A stretch of 64,000 bases of DNA from Salinivirgaceae bacterium (GTDB taxonomy: Bacteria > Bacteroidota > Bacteroidia > Bacteroidales > SZUA-534). The notes under the pieces are model-generated. The model was not told the origin of the DNA and did no database searches. It saw only the letters and a program-made list of their open reading frames with translations. The stretch lies in the NCBI GenBank assembly GCA_024405635.1, contig JAKSOL010000004.1, forward strand, positions 64,001 through 128,000, read 5' to 3'. Of this stretch, positions 35,835 to 46,459 are shown one piece after another. Position numbers and translations under genes: made by a program. Position 1 is the first letter of the stretch; each line of letters opens with the position of its first letter.

Positions 35835-36902
35835 ATGCGTCACAATAACAAAAAGTTGCCTATAGCGTTTCGCGTAGTTATTGCTCTTTTTGCATCGGCT
35901 ACAATGCTTTTGTGCAGTTGCGAAGACGATGATTACTATGGCAATTGGAAAATATTGTCAAACGTAAACGAAAAAGGATTGTCTGATGCTTCGTCGTTTG
36001 TTATAGGAAACAACGCATACATGGTTGGCGGATATGGATATTACCGCACATACGTTTACTTTAACAAAACATGGCGTTACAATTCTGAAAATCGTGCTTG
36101 GACCGAAATGGATTCGCTGCCAGGTAAAGGACGTTCGCAAGGCGTGTCATTTATGATTGGCAATAAAGCCTATTTTGGTACAGGAATTGCTTCAGATGGT
36201 GAGTTTTTTGACGAGTTTTTTGAATTCGATCCGTCGCAACCAAAAGGTAGCCAATGGAAAAAAATTAACGACCCAATTCCTTGTGGACCTTGTTATGGCG
36301 CCATGTCGTTCGTAATAAATGGCAAAGGTTATGTTTGCGGTGGTTATACCGAACAAAAAGGTATGAGCCGCGAAATGTACAAATTCGACCCATCGCAACC
36401 CGAAGGCTCACGTTGGAGTTTGATTGAAACAGCCCAACTCGTTAAACGAATGGAAGGCAATGTTATGGTAATTGACAACAAAGCCTACATTATTGGTGGA
36501 CGATCAAACAAATCTAAAGTCCCAGAATTTGAATGTTTCGACCCAACTACCGAAACTATAAGAATGGTGAGTGAAAATGTGGCCGACGATTACACCGAAA
36601 ATCTTTTGCGATACGAAGCAAGTTCATTTGTGATTGATGGACGCGGATACATGTGCTGTGGTATAAAATTTAGTGGTGAGGTGCTACGCGATATGTGGCG
36701 ATTTACTCCTAATAACGGCAAAGGCGTATGGCAAAAAATGTGCGATTTTATTGGCCCTAGCCGCAGTGGAGCCAGCGGCTTTGAAATAAACGGAATAGGC
36801 TATGTAGCTTGTGGTCAAAACGGTGTTGGTGGATATAATTTCTACGACGAAATTTGGTCGTTTGACCCTAACGAGCGTTGGAGTCGCCGAATCTATAAAT
36901 AA
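35835..36902 (+). CDS. Kelch-repeat beta-propeller lipoprotein (tandem paralog)
   Basis: LLCS-C lipobox; CEDDDYYGNW matches CEDTEDYLGNW of the upstream gene; Kelch GG/W repeats. Confidence 0.85.
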   Translation: MRHNNKKLPIAFRVVIALFASATMLLCSCEDDDYYGNWKILSNVNEKGLSDASSFVIGNNAYMVGGYGYYRTYVYFNKTWRYNSENRAWTEMDSLPGKGRSQGVSFMIGNKAYFGTGIASDGEFFDEFFEFDPSQPKGSQWKKINDPIPCGPCYGAMSFVINGKGYVCGGYTEQKGMSREMYKFDPSQPEGSRWSLIETAQLVKRMEGNVMVIDNKAYIIGGRSNKSKVPEFECFDPTTETIRMVSENVADDYTENLLRYEASSFVIDGRGYMCCGIKFSGEVLRDMWRFTPNNGKGVWQKMCDFIGPSRSGASGFEINGIGYVACGQNGVGGYNFYDEIWSFDPNERWSRRIYK

Positions 36903-37004
36903 TCTGTATTAGATTGATATTCAGGTAAAAAGCGCAACTGCAATAACATTGTATAGTTGCATTTAGTTGTTAGTAACTTCCAAATTGAAGATTGAAAAAA
37001 AACA

Positions 37005-37012
37005 TAAATTTG
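37005..37012 (+). promoter_or_regulatory. Candidate -7 promoter element for dnaN
   Basis: TAAATTTG, 27 bp upstream of the ATG. Confidence 0.55.
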
Positions 37013-37039
37013 AACTCGCAATAAAAAATCATTTACTGT

Positions 37040-38170
37040 ATGAATTTCATAGTATCTAGTTCACTTTTGAGCGCACACTTACAATCAGTAGGCCGTGTAA
37101 TTAGTTCAAAACCTTCAATGGCTATTCTTGGAAACTTTTTGTTTGAACTGAATGGTAACATTTTGACAATAACTGGTACCGATATTGAAACAACAATGGT
37201 TTCAAAACTTGAGGTAGAAAGCGCAAGTGGCGATGGCAAAATAGCAATTGAGGCAAAACGTTTGACCGATTTTATGAAAGTGTCAGGCGAACGCCCAATG
37301 ACCTTTAATATTAATGAAGCAACCTTGCAAGTTGATATTATTACCGAAAATGGTAAGTACAACATTGCAGCTTTTAACAGCGACGATTTCCCAAAAACTC
37401 AAGAGTTGAACGATGATGCTACCGATATTAAGATGAGTCAAGAGGCTTTGCTACAGGGTGTTACAAAGGCTTTGTTCGCAGCATCAACCGATACCTTGCG
37501 TCCTGTAATGACAGGTGTGTTTGTTGAAATTTTTGCCGACCGAGTAAACTTTGTTGCTTCTGATGCTCACAAATTGGTTCGCTACACTCGCACCGATATT
37601 ACTTCTGGAATTGAAAGTTCATTTATATTGCCTCCAAAACCAGCCAACATGTTACAAAGCTTTTTGTCAAAAAGCGAAAGCCAAGTTCGTGTGGCATTTG
37701 ATAAAAAGAACGCAATTTTTGAAACCGACGAGTATAAATTAGTTTGCCGCCTAATTGAGGGAAATTTCCCAAATTACTCTAAAATCATTCCCCCCGAGTC
37801 ACAAAACAAAGTTGTGATTGACCGAAGCGAACTTATTGGTTGCTTGCGTCGTGTGGCAATGTGCGCAAACCAAGCTAGTAACCTAATCAAATTCAGCATT
37901 GCAGCAAACCAACTTACCGTTTCGGCTCAAGATTATGATTTTTCAACTTCGGGCCACGAGCGTATAAGTTGCCAATATGATGGCGAGGAAATGGAAATAG
38001 GTTTCAAATCAACTTTCTTGCTCGATTTGTTGAAAAACCTTGACTCAACAAACGAAATTGCAATAAGCCTTGTTAATCCAGGTGCAGCTGGAGTTCTTAC
38101 TCCATACGATAACACATCGGAAAAAGAAGACGTGCTAATGTTGCTTATGCCAATGAAGTTGGAAGACTAA
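37040..38170 (+). CDS. dnaN: DNA polymerase III beta sliding clamp
   Basis: ILGNFLF, TGTDIET, LRPVMTGVF, FVASDAHKL, RLIEGNFPNY, IGFKSTFL, LLMPMKL. Confidence 0.97.
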   Translation: MNFIVSSSLLSAHLQSVGRVISSKPSMAILGNFLFELNGNILTITGTDIETTMVSKLEVESASGDGKIAIEAKRLTDFMKVSGERPMTFNINEATLQVDIITENGKYNIAAFNSDDFPKTQELNDDATDIKMSQEALLQGVTKALFAASTDTLRPVMTGVFVEIFADRVNFVASDAHKLVRYTRTDITSGIESSFILPPKPANMLQSFLSKSESQVRVAFDKKNAIFETDEYKLVCRLIEGNFPNYSKIIPPESQNKVVIDRSELIGCLRRVAMCANQASNLIKFSIAANQLTVSAQDYDFSTSGHERISCQYDGEEMEIGFKSTFLLDLLKNLDSTNEIAISLVNPGAAGVLTPYDNTSEKEDVLMLLMPMKLED

Positions 38171-38194
38171 TACGTAATTATATTTTTATTGTAT

Positions 38195-38230
38195 AAAAAA
38201 GGAAGGTGACATAATTACCTTCCTTTTTTT
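38195..38230 (+). terminator. Intrinsic terminator after dnaN
   Basis: AAAAAAGGAAGGT...ACCTTCCTTTTTTT. Confidence 0.85.
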
Positions 38231-38298
38231 GTGTAAAAAAATGTGATTGAAATCCCTGTTTTGTGATTTTTAATAATTTTGCGCCGCAAATTCAAACG

Positions 38299-39597
38299 AT
38301 GATTACGGTACTCCCAACATCTATCTCGCAAAGTGACTCTTTGCAAGTGCAATCCGCGACTGCACCATTGGTTGTTAGTCGTCAGGTTTTGAACACCGAT
38401 AGTTTTGTAATCGATTCAAGTCGATTGCAACAAAAAACGGTTTCGACACCTGTTGTTAAAACAGTACCATTTATTCCGCAAAACGATTCGGTAGCGCACC
38501 CAACCTACGATGTTATAAACAACGACTTTGTTATTACGCATAACGAAACGTTGATGGACCAGTTAGGCATCAACCCAATTGACCCAATAGATGTTGAGCA
38601 CGAATCGTTTGCAACAGTGGAGGTGAATCAACCAGTAGAGGAAGTTGCACAAACTGAGCAACCTGCAGTTTTGGCTGATACAACACCAGTTGTTGAATTA
38701 GTGTTGGAGCAAGCTCAACCTCAAACTATAGTAGAGGAACCAATTGCGCAAGCACAAGTTGAAATTCAAACTGAATCTAATTCAATTACTGAAGTTGCTG
38801 ACACTATAGCAGCGGTTGATTCGGTTGCATTAGACTCGTGCGTGGTTTTGGCATCAGATAGTGTGGCTCAAGTTGCAAAACCTCGTACCCACACCACTCA
38901 AGATGTTGCCATTTTGCGAAAAGTTCGCAGCATTTCAGCAAATAAGTTGCTAGCCGATGCCGATTGGATGTTAATAACAATCATAGTGTCGTTTGTGTTG
39001 TTTGCATGGGTGCGATTTACCTCGCATCGTTTTGTTCAATCGGTGCGTCAAACAGTAACAAATATATACGCAGCAGTGCGCTTTTATGAAGAACATAACC
39101 TTACTCGCGGTAGAGTATTCTTTATGCTCAACATTTTGTTCTTCATTAACTTGAGTTTGTTTGTTTGCCAATGCTTTGATTTTTATTCAATAAACATTGA
39201 AGGACTTGCAGGATTTAAGCTATTTGCGATTTTGTTCACTGTGTTTGTTGTTTTGCTGGGCCTAAAGTCGTTTGTGCTTGCCGTTTTGGAGTTGATTTTT
39301 CAAACCGATGGAGCATTTGGCTTGTACAATTTTTCAATGTTCTGTTGCTACAAATTATACGGAATGTTAATGTTGCCAGTGGTGGCAGCCTTGCCATTTG
39401 TAAGTGCAGATGTGGCCGAAAAGTTGATTTGGGTGGGGCTAGGCTTGTTTGCTTTTGTTTATTTGTACTCTATTCTTCGTGGATTTAGAATAGCCATAAA
39501 AAATAGAGCATCAATTTTTTACATGTTATTATACTTAAGTGCGATAGAGATTTTACCCTTAACATTCATTTTGAAGTGCATATCGCTTTATAGATAA
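38299..39597 (+). CDS. DUF4271-family membrane protein with a long acidic low-complexity N-terminus
   Basis: Multiple C-terminal TM helices ending FYMLLYLSAIEILP. Lies directly upstream of hemD, as is usual in Bacteroidota. A TAATTTTG -7 element at 38274-38281 supports ATG 38299. Confidence 0.75.
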   Translation: MITVLPTSISQSDSLQVQSATAPLVVSRQVLNTDSFVIDSSRLQQKTVSTPVVKTVPFIPQNDSVAHPTYDVINNDFVITHNETLMDQLGINPIDPIDVEHESFATVEVNQPVEEVAQTEQPAVLADTTPVVELVLEQAQPQTIVEEPIAQAQVEIQTESNSITEVADTIAAVDSVALDSCVVLASDSVAQVAKPRTHTTQDVAILRKVRSISANKLLADADWMLITIIVSFVLFAWVRFTSHRFVQSVRQTVTNIYAAVRFYEEHNLTRGRVFFMLNILFFINLSLFVCQCFDFYSINIEGLAGFKLFAILFTVFVVLLGLKSFVLAVLELIFQTDGAFGLYNFSMFCCYKLYGMLMLPVVAALPFVSADVAEKLIWVGLGLFAFVYLYSILRGFRIAIKNRASIFYMLLYLSAIEILPLTFILKCISLYR

Positions 39598-39633
39598 TGC
39601 TGAGGGGAGTGTTTAATATAAATACCAAAGTTT

Positions 39634-40389
39634 GTGAAAGTTAAGAAGATATTGGTTTCGCAACCAAAACCTGCTGATGGCGTTAAATCGCCGTACTACG
39701 ACTTGGCCGAGAAGTATAACCTAAAAATTGATTTCCGACCATTTATTTACGTTGAACCTGTTGATGTTAAGGAATTTCGCCAAACACGCATCAACATTCT
39801 TGATTACACTGCAATCATTTTTACCAGCAAGAAAGGCATCGACAATTTCTTTAAAATGTGCGAAGCTTTGCGAGTTAACTTGCCAGAAACAATGAAATAC
39901 TTCTGCATCACCGAGTCAATCGCTCTTTATTTGCAGAAATACATTGTTTACCGCAAACGTAAAATATCGTTTGGAAATGGAACATTTGACGAGTTGCTAA
40001 CCTTGCTCGACAAACACAAAGAGGAGAAATTTTTGCTCACATCGTCAGATAAATACAAACCTGAGGTGCCAGTTAAGTTGGAAGAGCACAAGATAAACTA
40101 CACCATGGCAATTCTTTACCGTACCGTTGCAAGCGATATGACCGGAATTATGGAAGAAGGCTATGATGTTTTTGTATTCTTCAGCCCTGAAGGTATTAAG
40201 TCGCTAAAAGAAAACTTCCCCAACTTTGAGCAAGGCGAAGTTAGAATTGCAGCATTTGGACCAAACACTGCAAAGGCAGTGCGCGATGCTGGTTTGCGAC
40301 TCGATATTGAGGCTCCGCTTCCCGATGTCCCATCAATGCCAGCGGCTTTGGATTTGTACATTAAAAACGCAAACAAATCACATAAATAA
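39634..40389 (+). CDS. hemD: Uroporphyrinogen-III synthase (HemD) family protein
   Basis: MKVKKILVSQPKP..SPY, IDFRPFI, FFSPEGIKSL, IAAFG, PSM Bacteroidota-type signature. Confidence 0.88.
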   Translation: MKVKKILVSQPKPADGVKSPYYDLAEKYNLKIDFRPFIYVEPVDVKEFRQTRINILDYTAIIFTSKKGIDNFFKMCEALRVNLPETMKYFCITESIALYLQKYIVYRKRKISFGNGTFDELLTLLDKHKEEKFLLTSSDKYKPEVPVKLEEHKINYTMAILYRTVASDMTGIMEEGYDVFVFFSPEGIKSLKENFPNFEQGEVRIAAFGPNTAKAVRDAGLRLDIEAPLPDVPSMPAALDLYIKNANKSHK

Positions 40390-40390
40390 T

Positions 40391-40423
40391 ACAAAGCCCG
40401 CCCAAAAGCGGGCTTTGTTTTTT
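40391..40423 (+). terminator. Terminator-like hairpin between hemD and rnpA
   Basis: ACAAAGCCCGC-ccaaaa-GCGGGCTTTGT followed by a T-run. Confidence 0.7.
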
Positions 40424-40430
40424 CTAAAAA

Positions 40431-40820
40431 ATGGAGCAATTCTCACTTAAACGACGCGAACATTTAAAAAGCCAAAAGACCATTGACGGACTTTGGGCGC
40501 AAAACACTGCGCTTAAAAACTATCCAGTGAAAATGGTTTATGGAACTGCACCTTGCGACAATTTTAGCATCGAAGTGGGATTTGTTTCACCAAAAAAATT
40601 TCATCGTCATGCAGTTGACCGAAACCGTACCAAGCGCCAAATGCATGAAGCCTTTCGATTGAACCGAAATTTGCTTAATCAACTGCAAAATCAGTCAATT
40701 AAACTTTCGATGATTTTTGTAGCACAAACCAGCGACATGCTCAATTCGGCAGAGGTTAACTCAAAAATTAAAAACTTACTTGAACGTTTGGTTGAAAAGA
40801 TGCAGCAAACAAATGCCTAA
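40431..40820 (+). CDS. rnpA: Ribonuclease P protein component
   Basis: FSLKRREHLKS, SPKKFHRHAVDRNRTKRQMHEAFRLN (RNR motif). Confidence 0.92.
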   Translation: MEQFSLKRREHLKSQKTIDGLWAQNTALKNYPVKMVYGTAPCDNFSIEVGFVSPKKFHRHAVDRNRTKRQMHEAFRLNRNLLNQLQNQSIKLSMIFVAQTSDMLNSAEVNSKIKNLLERLVEKMQQTNA

Positions 40821-40871
40821 TTGCGGCAATGTTTTATTTTTGTTGCTTAAGGTTTTTGAAAAACTAAACGT

Positions 40872-42566
40872 ATGAAAATTTCTATGATAAAAGGATTGCG
40901 CCGAGCAACCATTTGTGCTGTGGTGGTTGTTGTAGCTTTGGCTACCATAGCTTTTTCGCGCTCCGACGACCACGATTTTGCTTTCGTAAAGAACTTTGAT
41001 ATATACCAAACTCTGATGCGCGAATTGGAGTTGTATTATGTCGATCCTATTGATGCTGGCGACCTTATAACAACCAGTATAAACGAAATGCTGCTAACTC
41101 TTGATCCTTACACAGTTTACATTCCTGAGGATGATATTGAAGATTTTAGAACAATGACCACAGGAAAATATGGCGGCATTGGAGCAATTATTCGTAGCGA
41201 AAAAGACCAAGTGATTATTGTTGAACCTTATAAAGGCTTTCCTGCCGATAAAGCAGGCTTGCGTGCTGGCGACATTATTCTTGAAATTGACGGTAAAGCA
41301 GTAGGTAAATACAAAGTTAACGACGTAAGCGAACTGCTGAAAGGCGACCCCAAAACATCGGTTCAACTTACTATTAAAACACCATTTACCGATAAAATAC
41401 GAAAAGTAAACGTAGTGCGCGACAATGTTAAGATAAACAGCGTTGGCTATGCAGGCTTGGTTGCCGATAGCATTGGCTACATATCGTTGTCAAACTTTAC
41501 CGAAAACTGTGCTCAAGAGGTAAAAGCCGAACTACTTAGACTAAAACGCGAGCATAATATCAAAGCTTTGGTTTTTGACCTCCGAGGCAATCCGGGCGGA
41601 TTGTTGAGCGAGGCGATAAATGTTTCGAACTTATTTGTAGAAAAAGGACAAGAAATAGTAAGCACCAAAGGCAAAATGCAGCAATGGAACAAAACATACA
41701 CCGCATTAAACGATCCAACTGATACTCAAATACCTTTGGTTGTGTTAGTGAATAGCGGGTCGGCATCGGCATCGGAAATTGTGTCGGGCGTTATTCAAGA
41801 CCTTGATCGCGGTGTAATTGTTGGAACCCGCACTTATGGTAAAGGACTTGTGCAAACCACTCGCGACTTGAGCTACCAAACAAAACTGAAACTTACTACA
41901 GCAAAATACTATATCCCTAGTGGTCGCTGTATTCAAGCACTCGATTACTCGCACCGAAACGAAGATGGTAGCGTTGGTAAAGTGCCCGATTCGCTTATCA
42001 GCAAATTTAATACAAGAGTAGGCAGAGAGGTGTTCGATGGTGGCGGTGTGCTACCCGATGTTGAGGTTGAACTAAAATCGTTGAGCATAATTGCAACAAG
42101 TTTATACGCTAAACATTTGTTGTTTGACTATGCAACATATTATCGTCAGCATCACGATACCATTGGCAATCCTCGCACCTTTAAAATTAGCGACGAAACT
42201 TATGACGATTTTAAAAAATTCTTGAGCGACAAGAATTACGATTATACTCTTGATAGCGAACGTGCGCTTAATCACTTAGAGAGCGTACTTAAAAAAGAAA
42301 AGTATGACGACCAAACAGTTGAAGAGTTGCAATCGTTGCGAAACAAATTGGCTCACGATAAAAACAAAGACCTTGAAACGTTTAAGAACGAGATTGTCCA
42401 ACTATTGAGTTCGGAAATAGCTTGTCGCTATTATTACCAAGATGGTCGCACAATATCGGCATTTGCCGACGATATTACACTCGACAAGGCAATTGAAATT
42501 CTGAACAATAAAGAAGAATATAAGCGTATTTTGTCGGCACCAGAAAAAGAACAACCAACCAAATAA
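40872..42566 (+). CDS. S41 family carboxyl-terminal processing protease (PDZ + peptidase)
   Basis: LDPYT, GKYGGIGA, DLRGNPGGLL, SASASEIVSG, GTRTYGKGLVQ, TTAKYYIPSGRCIQ. Confidence 0.93.
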   Translation: MKISMIKGLRRATICAVVVVVALATIAFSRSDDHDFAFVKNFDIYQTLMRELELYYVDPIDAGDLITTSINEMLLTLDPYTVYIPEDDIEDFRTMTTGKYGGIGAIIRSEKDQVIIVEPYKGFPADKAGLRAGDIILEIDGKAVGKYKVNDVSELLKGDPKTSVQLTIKTPFTDKIRKVNVVRDNVKINSVGYAGLVADSIGYISLSNFTENCAQEVKAELLRLKREHNIKALVFDLRGNPGGLLSEAINVSNLFVEKGQEIVSTKGKMQQWNKTYTALNDPTDTQIPLVVLVNSGSASASEIVSGVIQDLDRGVIVGTRTYGKGLVQTTRDLSYQTKLKLTTAKYYIPSGRCIQALDYSHRNEDGSVGKVPDSLISKFNTRVGREVFDGGGVLPDVEVELKSLSIIATSLYAKHLLFDYATYYRQHHDTIGNPRTFKISDETYDDFKKFLSDKNYDYTLDSERALNHLESVLKKEKYDDQTVEELQSLRNKLAHDKNKDLETFKNEIVQLLSSEIACRYYYQDGRTISAFADDITLDKAIEILNNKEEYKRILSAPEKEQPTK

Positions 42567-42579
42567 CACAAACAATTAT

Positions 42580-43710
42580 ATGGAACAGAAACTGAAAATA
42601 TTTGCCATTGTTCCCAAAAAACTAAAGGAACCACTTGATGGCGACAAAAAAGGTATTTGCTGTTATTTGGATGCTTTGGGAAAAATATCGCAACTCACTG
42701 TAATTGCCGATGTTGAATCGGAAGCCGATGACTTTTCGTTTCGCTTGCGCCCAATTATCTTTTCGCACCGACCATTCAAACGCATATCAAAACGAAATGC
42801 GAAGATTATATACGAGCAGATTCAGAAAGATGCTCCCGACGTTATTATTCTTGAACAACCATTTTTAGGTTGGATGGGACAGGTTTCAAAAAGCACAGGT
42901 GTTCCATTTTTCCTCGATATGCTGAGCATTGAGTATTTGCGCATAAAATCGGTAGGCCGTTGGTGGTGGATGCTAATGTACGGCTGGGAACGTTGGGCAA
43001 TGACTCACTCGCGAGGTGCTTTTTTTGCCACAAACCAAGACCGTTTGATGGCCATAAAAAAATTTAAGCTTAACCCCGAACGAGCATTCTTGCGTTCGCA
43101 TGGGTTCCCTCAAACATCGTTGCCCGTTGTCGATCAAAACGAGCGCGCTCAAGTTTTATCACGCCACGGAATAAACCCTAACAACAAAGTGTTTATGTTT
43201 TTTGGCGTGCTTAAATATTTGTCGAGTCTTGAATCGCTATCAAACATAATTAACGAAATAAGTCCGCGACTGAAAGCCAAATTAGGTGGCGGCTACACCA
43301 TTTTAATTTGTGGAGGTGGGTTAGCACCATCGTTCCAAAAAAGTTTGCAAAAGCTTGAGTGCGACAACATTGTATATGCAGGTTTTGTTCCTAACATCGA
43401 TGAATATATACGCAGTTCAGATGTTGTGATGAATCCAGTAGTGCAATACGGAGGAATAAAAACCAAGGTGATTGAGGCAATAGGCCAAAATAGAACTGTG
43501 GTGTCAACCATTTCGGGCATCGAAGGAATAGATGCTGCTGTTTGCGGCGACAAACTAAAAGTTGTTACCGACAACGATTGGGATATGTTTGTCAATTGTA
43601 TGATTGATTCGCTTGAATCTGATAGCAAGACAACACAAGAATTTTATGACAAATACAGCATCGATGGCATTGCAAAAGACATTTACAACATATTAAATAA
43701 ATACAAATAG
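42580..43710 (+). CDS. Glycosyltransferase family 4
   Basis: FMFFGVLKY, YAGFVPNID, GGIKTKVIEAIG..VVST. Confidence 0.82.
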   Translation: MEQKLKIFAIVPKKLKEPLDGDKKGICCYLDALGKISQLTVIADVESEADDFSFRLRPIIFSHRPFKRISKRNAKIIYEQIQKDAPDVIILEQPFLGWMGQVSKSTGVPFFLDMLSIEYLRIKSVGRWWWMLMYGWERWAMTHSRGAFFATNQDRLMAIKKFKLNPERAFLRSHGFPQTSLPVVDQNERAQVLSRHGINPNNKVFMFFGVLKYLSSLESLSNIINEISPRLKAKLGGGYTILICGGGLAPSFQKSLQKLECDNIVYAGFVPNIDEYIRSSDVVMNPVVQYGGIKTKVIEAIGQNRTVVSTISGIEGIDAAVCGDKLKVVTDNDWDMFVNCMIDSLESDSKTTQEFYDKYSIDGIAKDIYNILNKYK

Positions 43711-43711
43711 C

Positions 43712-44770
43712 ATGAATTTTTTAGAAACAACTTTTTGGGGCAGCACAGCCAAACAATGGATTTTTTGTGCCGCATTTTGGTTGGGAACTTATTTCATCAC
43801 AAAAATCATTTTGTGGTTTTTCGACAAAGTAATACATCGCATTTGCCGTAATACCGAAACAAAACTCGACGACATTGTGTGCGAAACACTTCGAGGTCCA
43901 CTCTCGTTTGGCTTTGTGTTATTAGGTGTTTGGCTTGGATTGCAGCAACTAACATTTGAATCGGGTTTATCCGATTTTCTTGGAAAGGTTTATACATTTT
44001 TGGTAACCATAAACGTAACATGGTTTGTGTCGCGCCTACTTACAGGCATAGTAACAACCTACGTTGATCCAATAATGTCAACCAAAGAGAACAAAGTTGG
44101 AAAACAAGTTGTGTCAATGCTCAAAAGCGTCATTCATGTAGTAATATGGGCATTTGGCGTTGTAATGGCGCTTAATAATATTGGTTACGATGTTGGCGCT
44201 CTTATAGCAGGTTTGGGTCTAGGAGGTTTAATGGTTGCCATGGCTGCCAAAGACACAGTGTCAAACTTCTTTGGCGGAGTAACCATCTTTATCGACAAAC
44301 CATTTACCATTGACGACCGTGTTCGTGCCGAAGGATTTGATGGCTTTGTTACCAAAATAGGAATGCGCAGTTTCTGCATCAAAACACTTGATGGTACTGA
44401 GGTTGTTATTCCAAACTCAAAGGTGATTGATGGTGTGGTTGAAAACGTGAGCCGCGAACCAGCTCGTAAAGTGATTTTGGATTTGGGCTTGACTTACGAC
44501 ACAAAACCAGAACAAATGCAGCGCGCCATGGACATTTTGCGCGAAATATCGGCACAAAACACAAACTTAGACAACACCAACACAATTGTGTCATTTACCA
44601 CATTTGGTGATTTTTCGTTAGGCATCAAGTTTATTTATTACATCAAAAGTGGAGCCGATATTTTTGGAACACAAAACGATGTAAACATGAGCATACTTTC
44701 GCGCTTTAATGCTGAAGGATTGAACTTTGCATTCCCAACGCAAACTATTTATGTTGAAAAAAACAACTAA
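43712..44770 (+). CDS. Small-conductance mechanosensitive channel (MscS family)
   Basis: LIAGLGLGGLMVAMAAKDTVSNFFGG..DKPF, IGMRS, IPNS, FAFPTQT. Confidence 0.92.
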   Translation: MNFLETTFWGSTAKQWIFCAAFWLGTYFITKIILWFFDKVIHRICRNTETKLDDIVCETLRGPLSFGFVLLGVWLGLQQLTFESGLSDFLGKVYTFLVTINVTWFVSRLLTGIVTTYVDPIMSTKENKVGKQVVSMLKSVIHVVIWAFGVVMALNNIGYDVGALIAGLGLGGLMVAMAAKDTVSNFFGGVTIFIDKPFTIDDRVRAEGFDGFVTKIGMRSFCIKTLDGTEVVIPNSKVIDGVVENVSREPARKVILDLGLTYDTKPEQMQRAMDILREISAQNTNLDNTNTIVSFTTFGDFSLGIKFIYYIKSGADIFGTQNDVNMSILSRFNAEGLNFAFPTQTIYVEKNN

Positions 44771-45462
44771 TGGATAAAAAATTGGTTATAGCCATTGATG
44801 GCTTTTCGTCGTGCGGCAAAAGCACAGTTGCCAAAGAATTGGCAAAACAACTAGGCTACACATACATCGATAGCGGAGCAATGTATCGTGCTGTTACATT
44901 GTATTGCATCGAAAATGGTTTGATTGACGATGATGGAACAGTGAACGAACCAGTGCTTGAAGCCGTTGTTAGCACCATCAAAATTGGTTTTACATACGAT
45001 GCCGATGCACGCGTTTACAAAACTTGGCTCAACGGACAATTGGTTGAGGATAAAATTCGCACCATAGGTGTATCGAACAAAGTGAGCTACGTGAGCAAAA
45101 TAGGCTTTGTGCGCGAGCAAATGGTTGAACTACAACGCCAAATGGGAGCAGAAGGAGGAATAGTGATGGATGGCCGCGACATTGGTACTGTGGTTTTCCC
45201 AAATGCCGATTTGAAGATTTTTATGACCGCATCGGTTAAAGTGCGTGCACAACGCCGTTACGACGAGTTGCAAGCCAAAGGCGACAATGTGACGTTTGAC
45301 GAAGTGGCCGCCAATATTGAACAACGCGACTACCTTGACCAACACCGCGACATTTCGCCATTGCGTCAGGCTGACGATGCTGTGGTGGTTGACAATAGCA
45401 ACCTTACACGCGAACAACAATTGACTGAAATAGTTCGTTTGGTTGAACAACGCCAAAAATGA
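44770..45462 (+). CDS. cmk: Cytidylate kinase
   Basis: IAIDGFSSCGKST, IDSGAMYRAV, VMDGRDIGTVVFP. Confidence 0.97.
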   Translation: MDKKLVIAIDGFSSCGKSTVAKELAKQLGYTYIDSGAMYRAVTLYCIENGLIDDDGTVNEPVLEAVVSTIKIGFTYDADARVYKTWLNGQLVEDKIRTIGVSNKVSYVSKIGFVREQMVELQRQMGAEGGIVMDGRDIGTVVFPNADLKIFMTASVKVRAQRRYDELQAKGDNVTFDEVAANIEQRDYLDQHRDISPLRQADDAVVVDNSNLTREQQLTEIVRLVEQRQK

Positions 45463-46322
45463 GCAACGTAACCATATCAATCGATCCGCATTCGGGGTTT
45501 TGCTTTGGCGTGCAAAATGCTGTGAGCAAGGCAGTTGAAGAACTGGCTAAAGGTGCACCATTGTATAGCCTTGGCGCTATGGTGCATAATCCAGCCGAGG
45601 TTAAACGTCTTGCCGATATGGGCTTGCAAGTTATTGACCATGAGCAGTTTAATAAAATAAACAACTCAAAAGTGCTTTTTCGTGCTCACGGTGAGCCGCC
45701 CGAGAGTTACATTAACATACAACAGCGTGGAATTGAATTGATTGATGCCACTTGTCCTGTGGTTTTGCGGCTGCAACAACGCATAAAATCGGCCTACCAA
45801 AAGGCTATTCAAAAAAATGGGCAGATAGTGATATTTGGTAAAAAAGGTCATGCTGAAGTGGTTGGTCTTATTGGGCAAACCAACGGCACCGCCATTTTGA
45901 TAGAATCGGAATTGGATCTTGATAAAATTGACTTTAATAGACCTATTGAATTCTTTTCGCAAACCACCAAAGATGTAGGCCATTTTATGCAATTAGTTGC
46001 CATTATTGAGAAAAAAGCAACCGATTTTAGTTGGCACGACACCATTTGCCGTCAAGTTGCCAATCGTGGACCATTGTTGCACGATTTTGCTGCTCATCAC
46101 GATTTAATGATTTTTGTTGGTGGCTCCGATAGCTCAAATGCCAAGGCCTTGTTCGATATATGCAAGCAAGTTAATCCGCAATCAATATTTGTAGAGTCGC
46201 CTGCCGATATTACAGCCGACATGCTCAAAGGAGCTGCAAGCATCGGTATAAGTGGTGCCACTTCAACGCCATCGTGGCTCATACAAAATGTTGAGTCGTA
46301 CGTTAGGGGATTGGTGGGGTAG
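45459..46322 (+). CDS. ispH: 4-hydroxy-3-methylbut-2-enyl diphosphate reductase
   Basis: GFCFGV, VHN, FRAHG, IDATCPVV, GHAEV, SQTT, DTIC, SSN, GATSTP. Confidence 0.96.
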   Translation: MSNVTISIDPHSGFCFGVQNAVSKAVEELAKGAPLYSLGAMVHNPAEVKRLADMGLQVIDHEQFNKINNSKVLFRAHGEPPESYINIQQRGIELIDATCPVVLRLQQRIKSAYQKAIQKNGQIVIFGKKGHAEVVGLIGQTNGTAILIESELDLDKIDFNRPIEFFSQTTKDVGHFMQLVAIIEKKATDFSWHDTICRQVANRGPLLHDFAAHHDLMIFVGGSDSSNAKALFDICKQVNPQSIFVESPADITADMLKGAASIGISGATSTPSWLIQNVESYVRGLVG

Positions 46323-46459
46323 TTCAACAAATCAAAAGCCATAAACTTGCATAGTTAGTGCTTGTAACTAAGCCTATTAGATTTTGTTTTTCCCAAAAAA
46401 GTTTGATAAACAGCCTTAACTAATAAATAGAGGTAAGTGCTAAAAACACAACGCTTTAT

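Noticed and set aside
36903-37039. oriC next to dnaN
   Set aside because: No dnaA and no cluster of DnaA boxes in this short gap; dnaN is commonly unlinked from dnaA in Bacteroidota.
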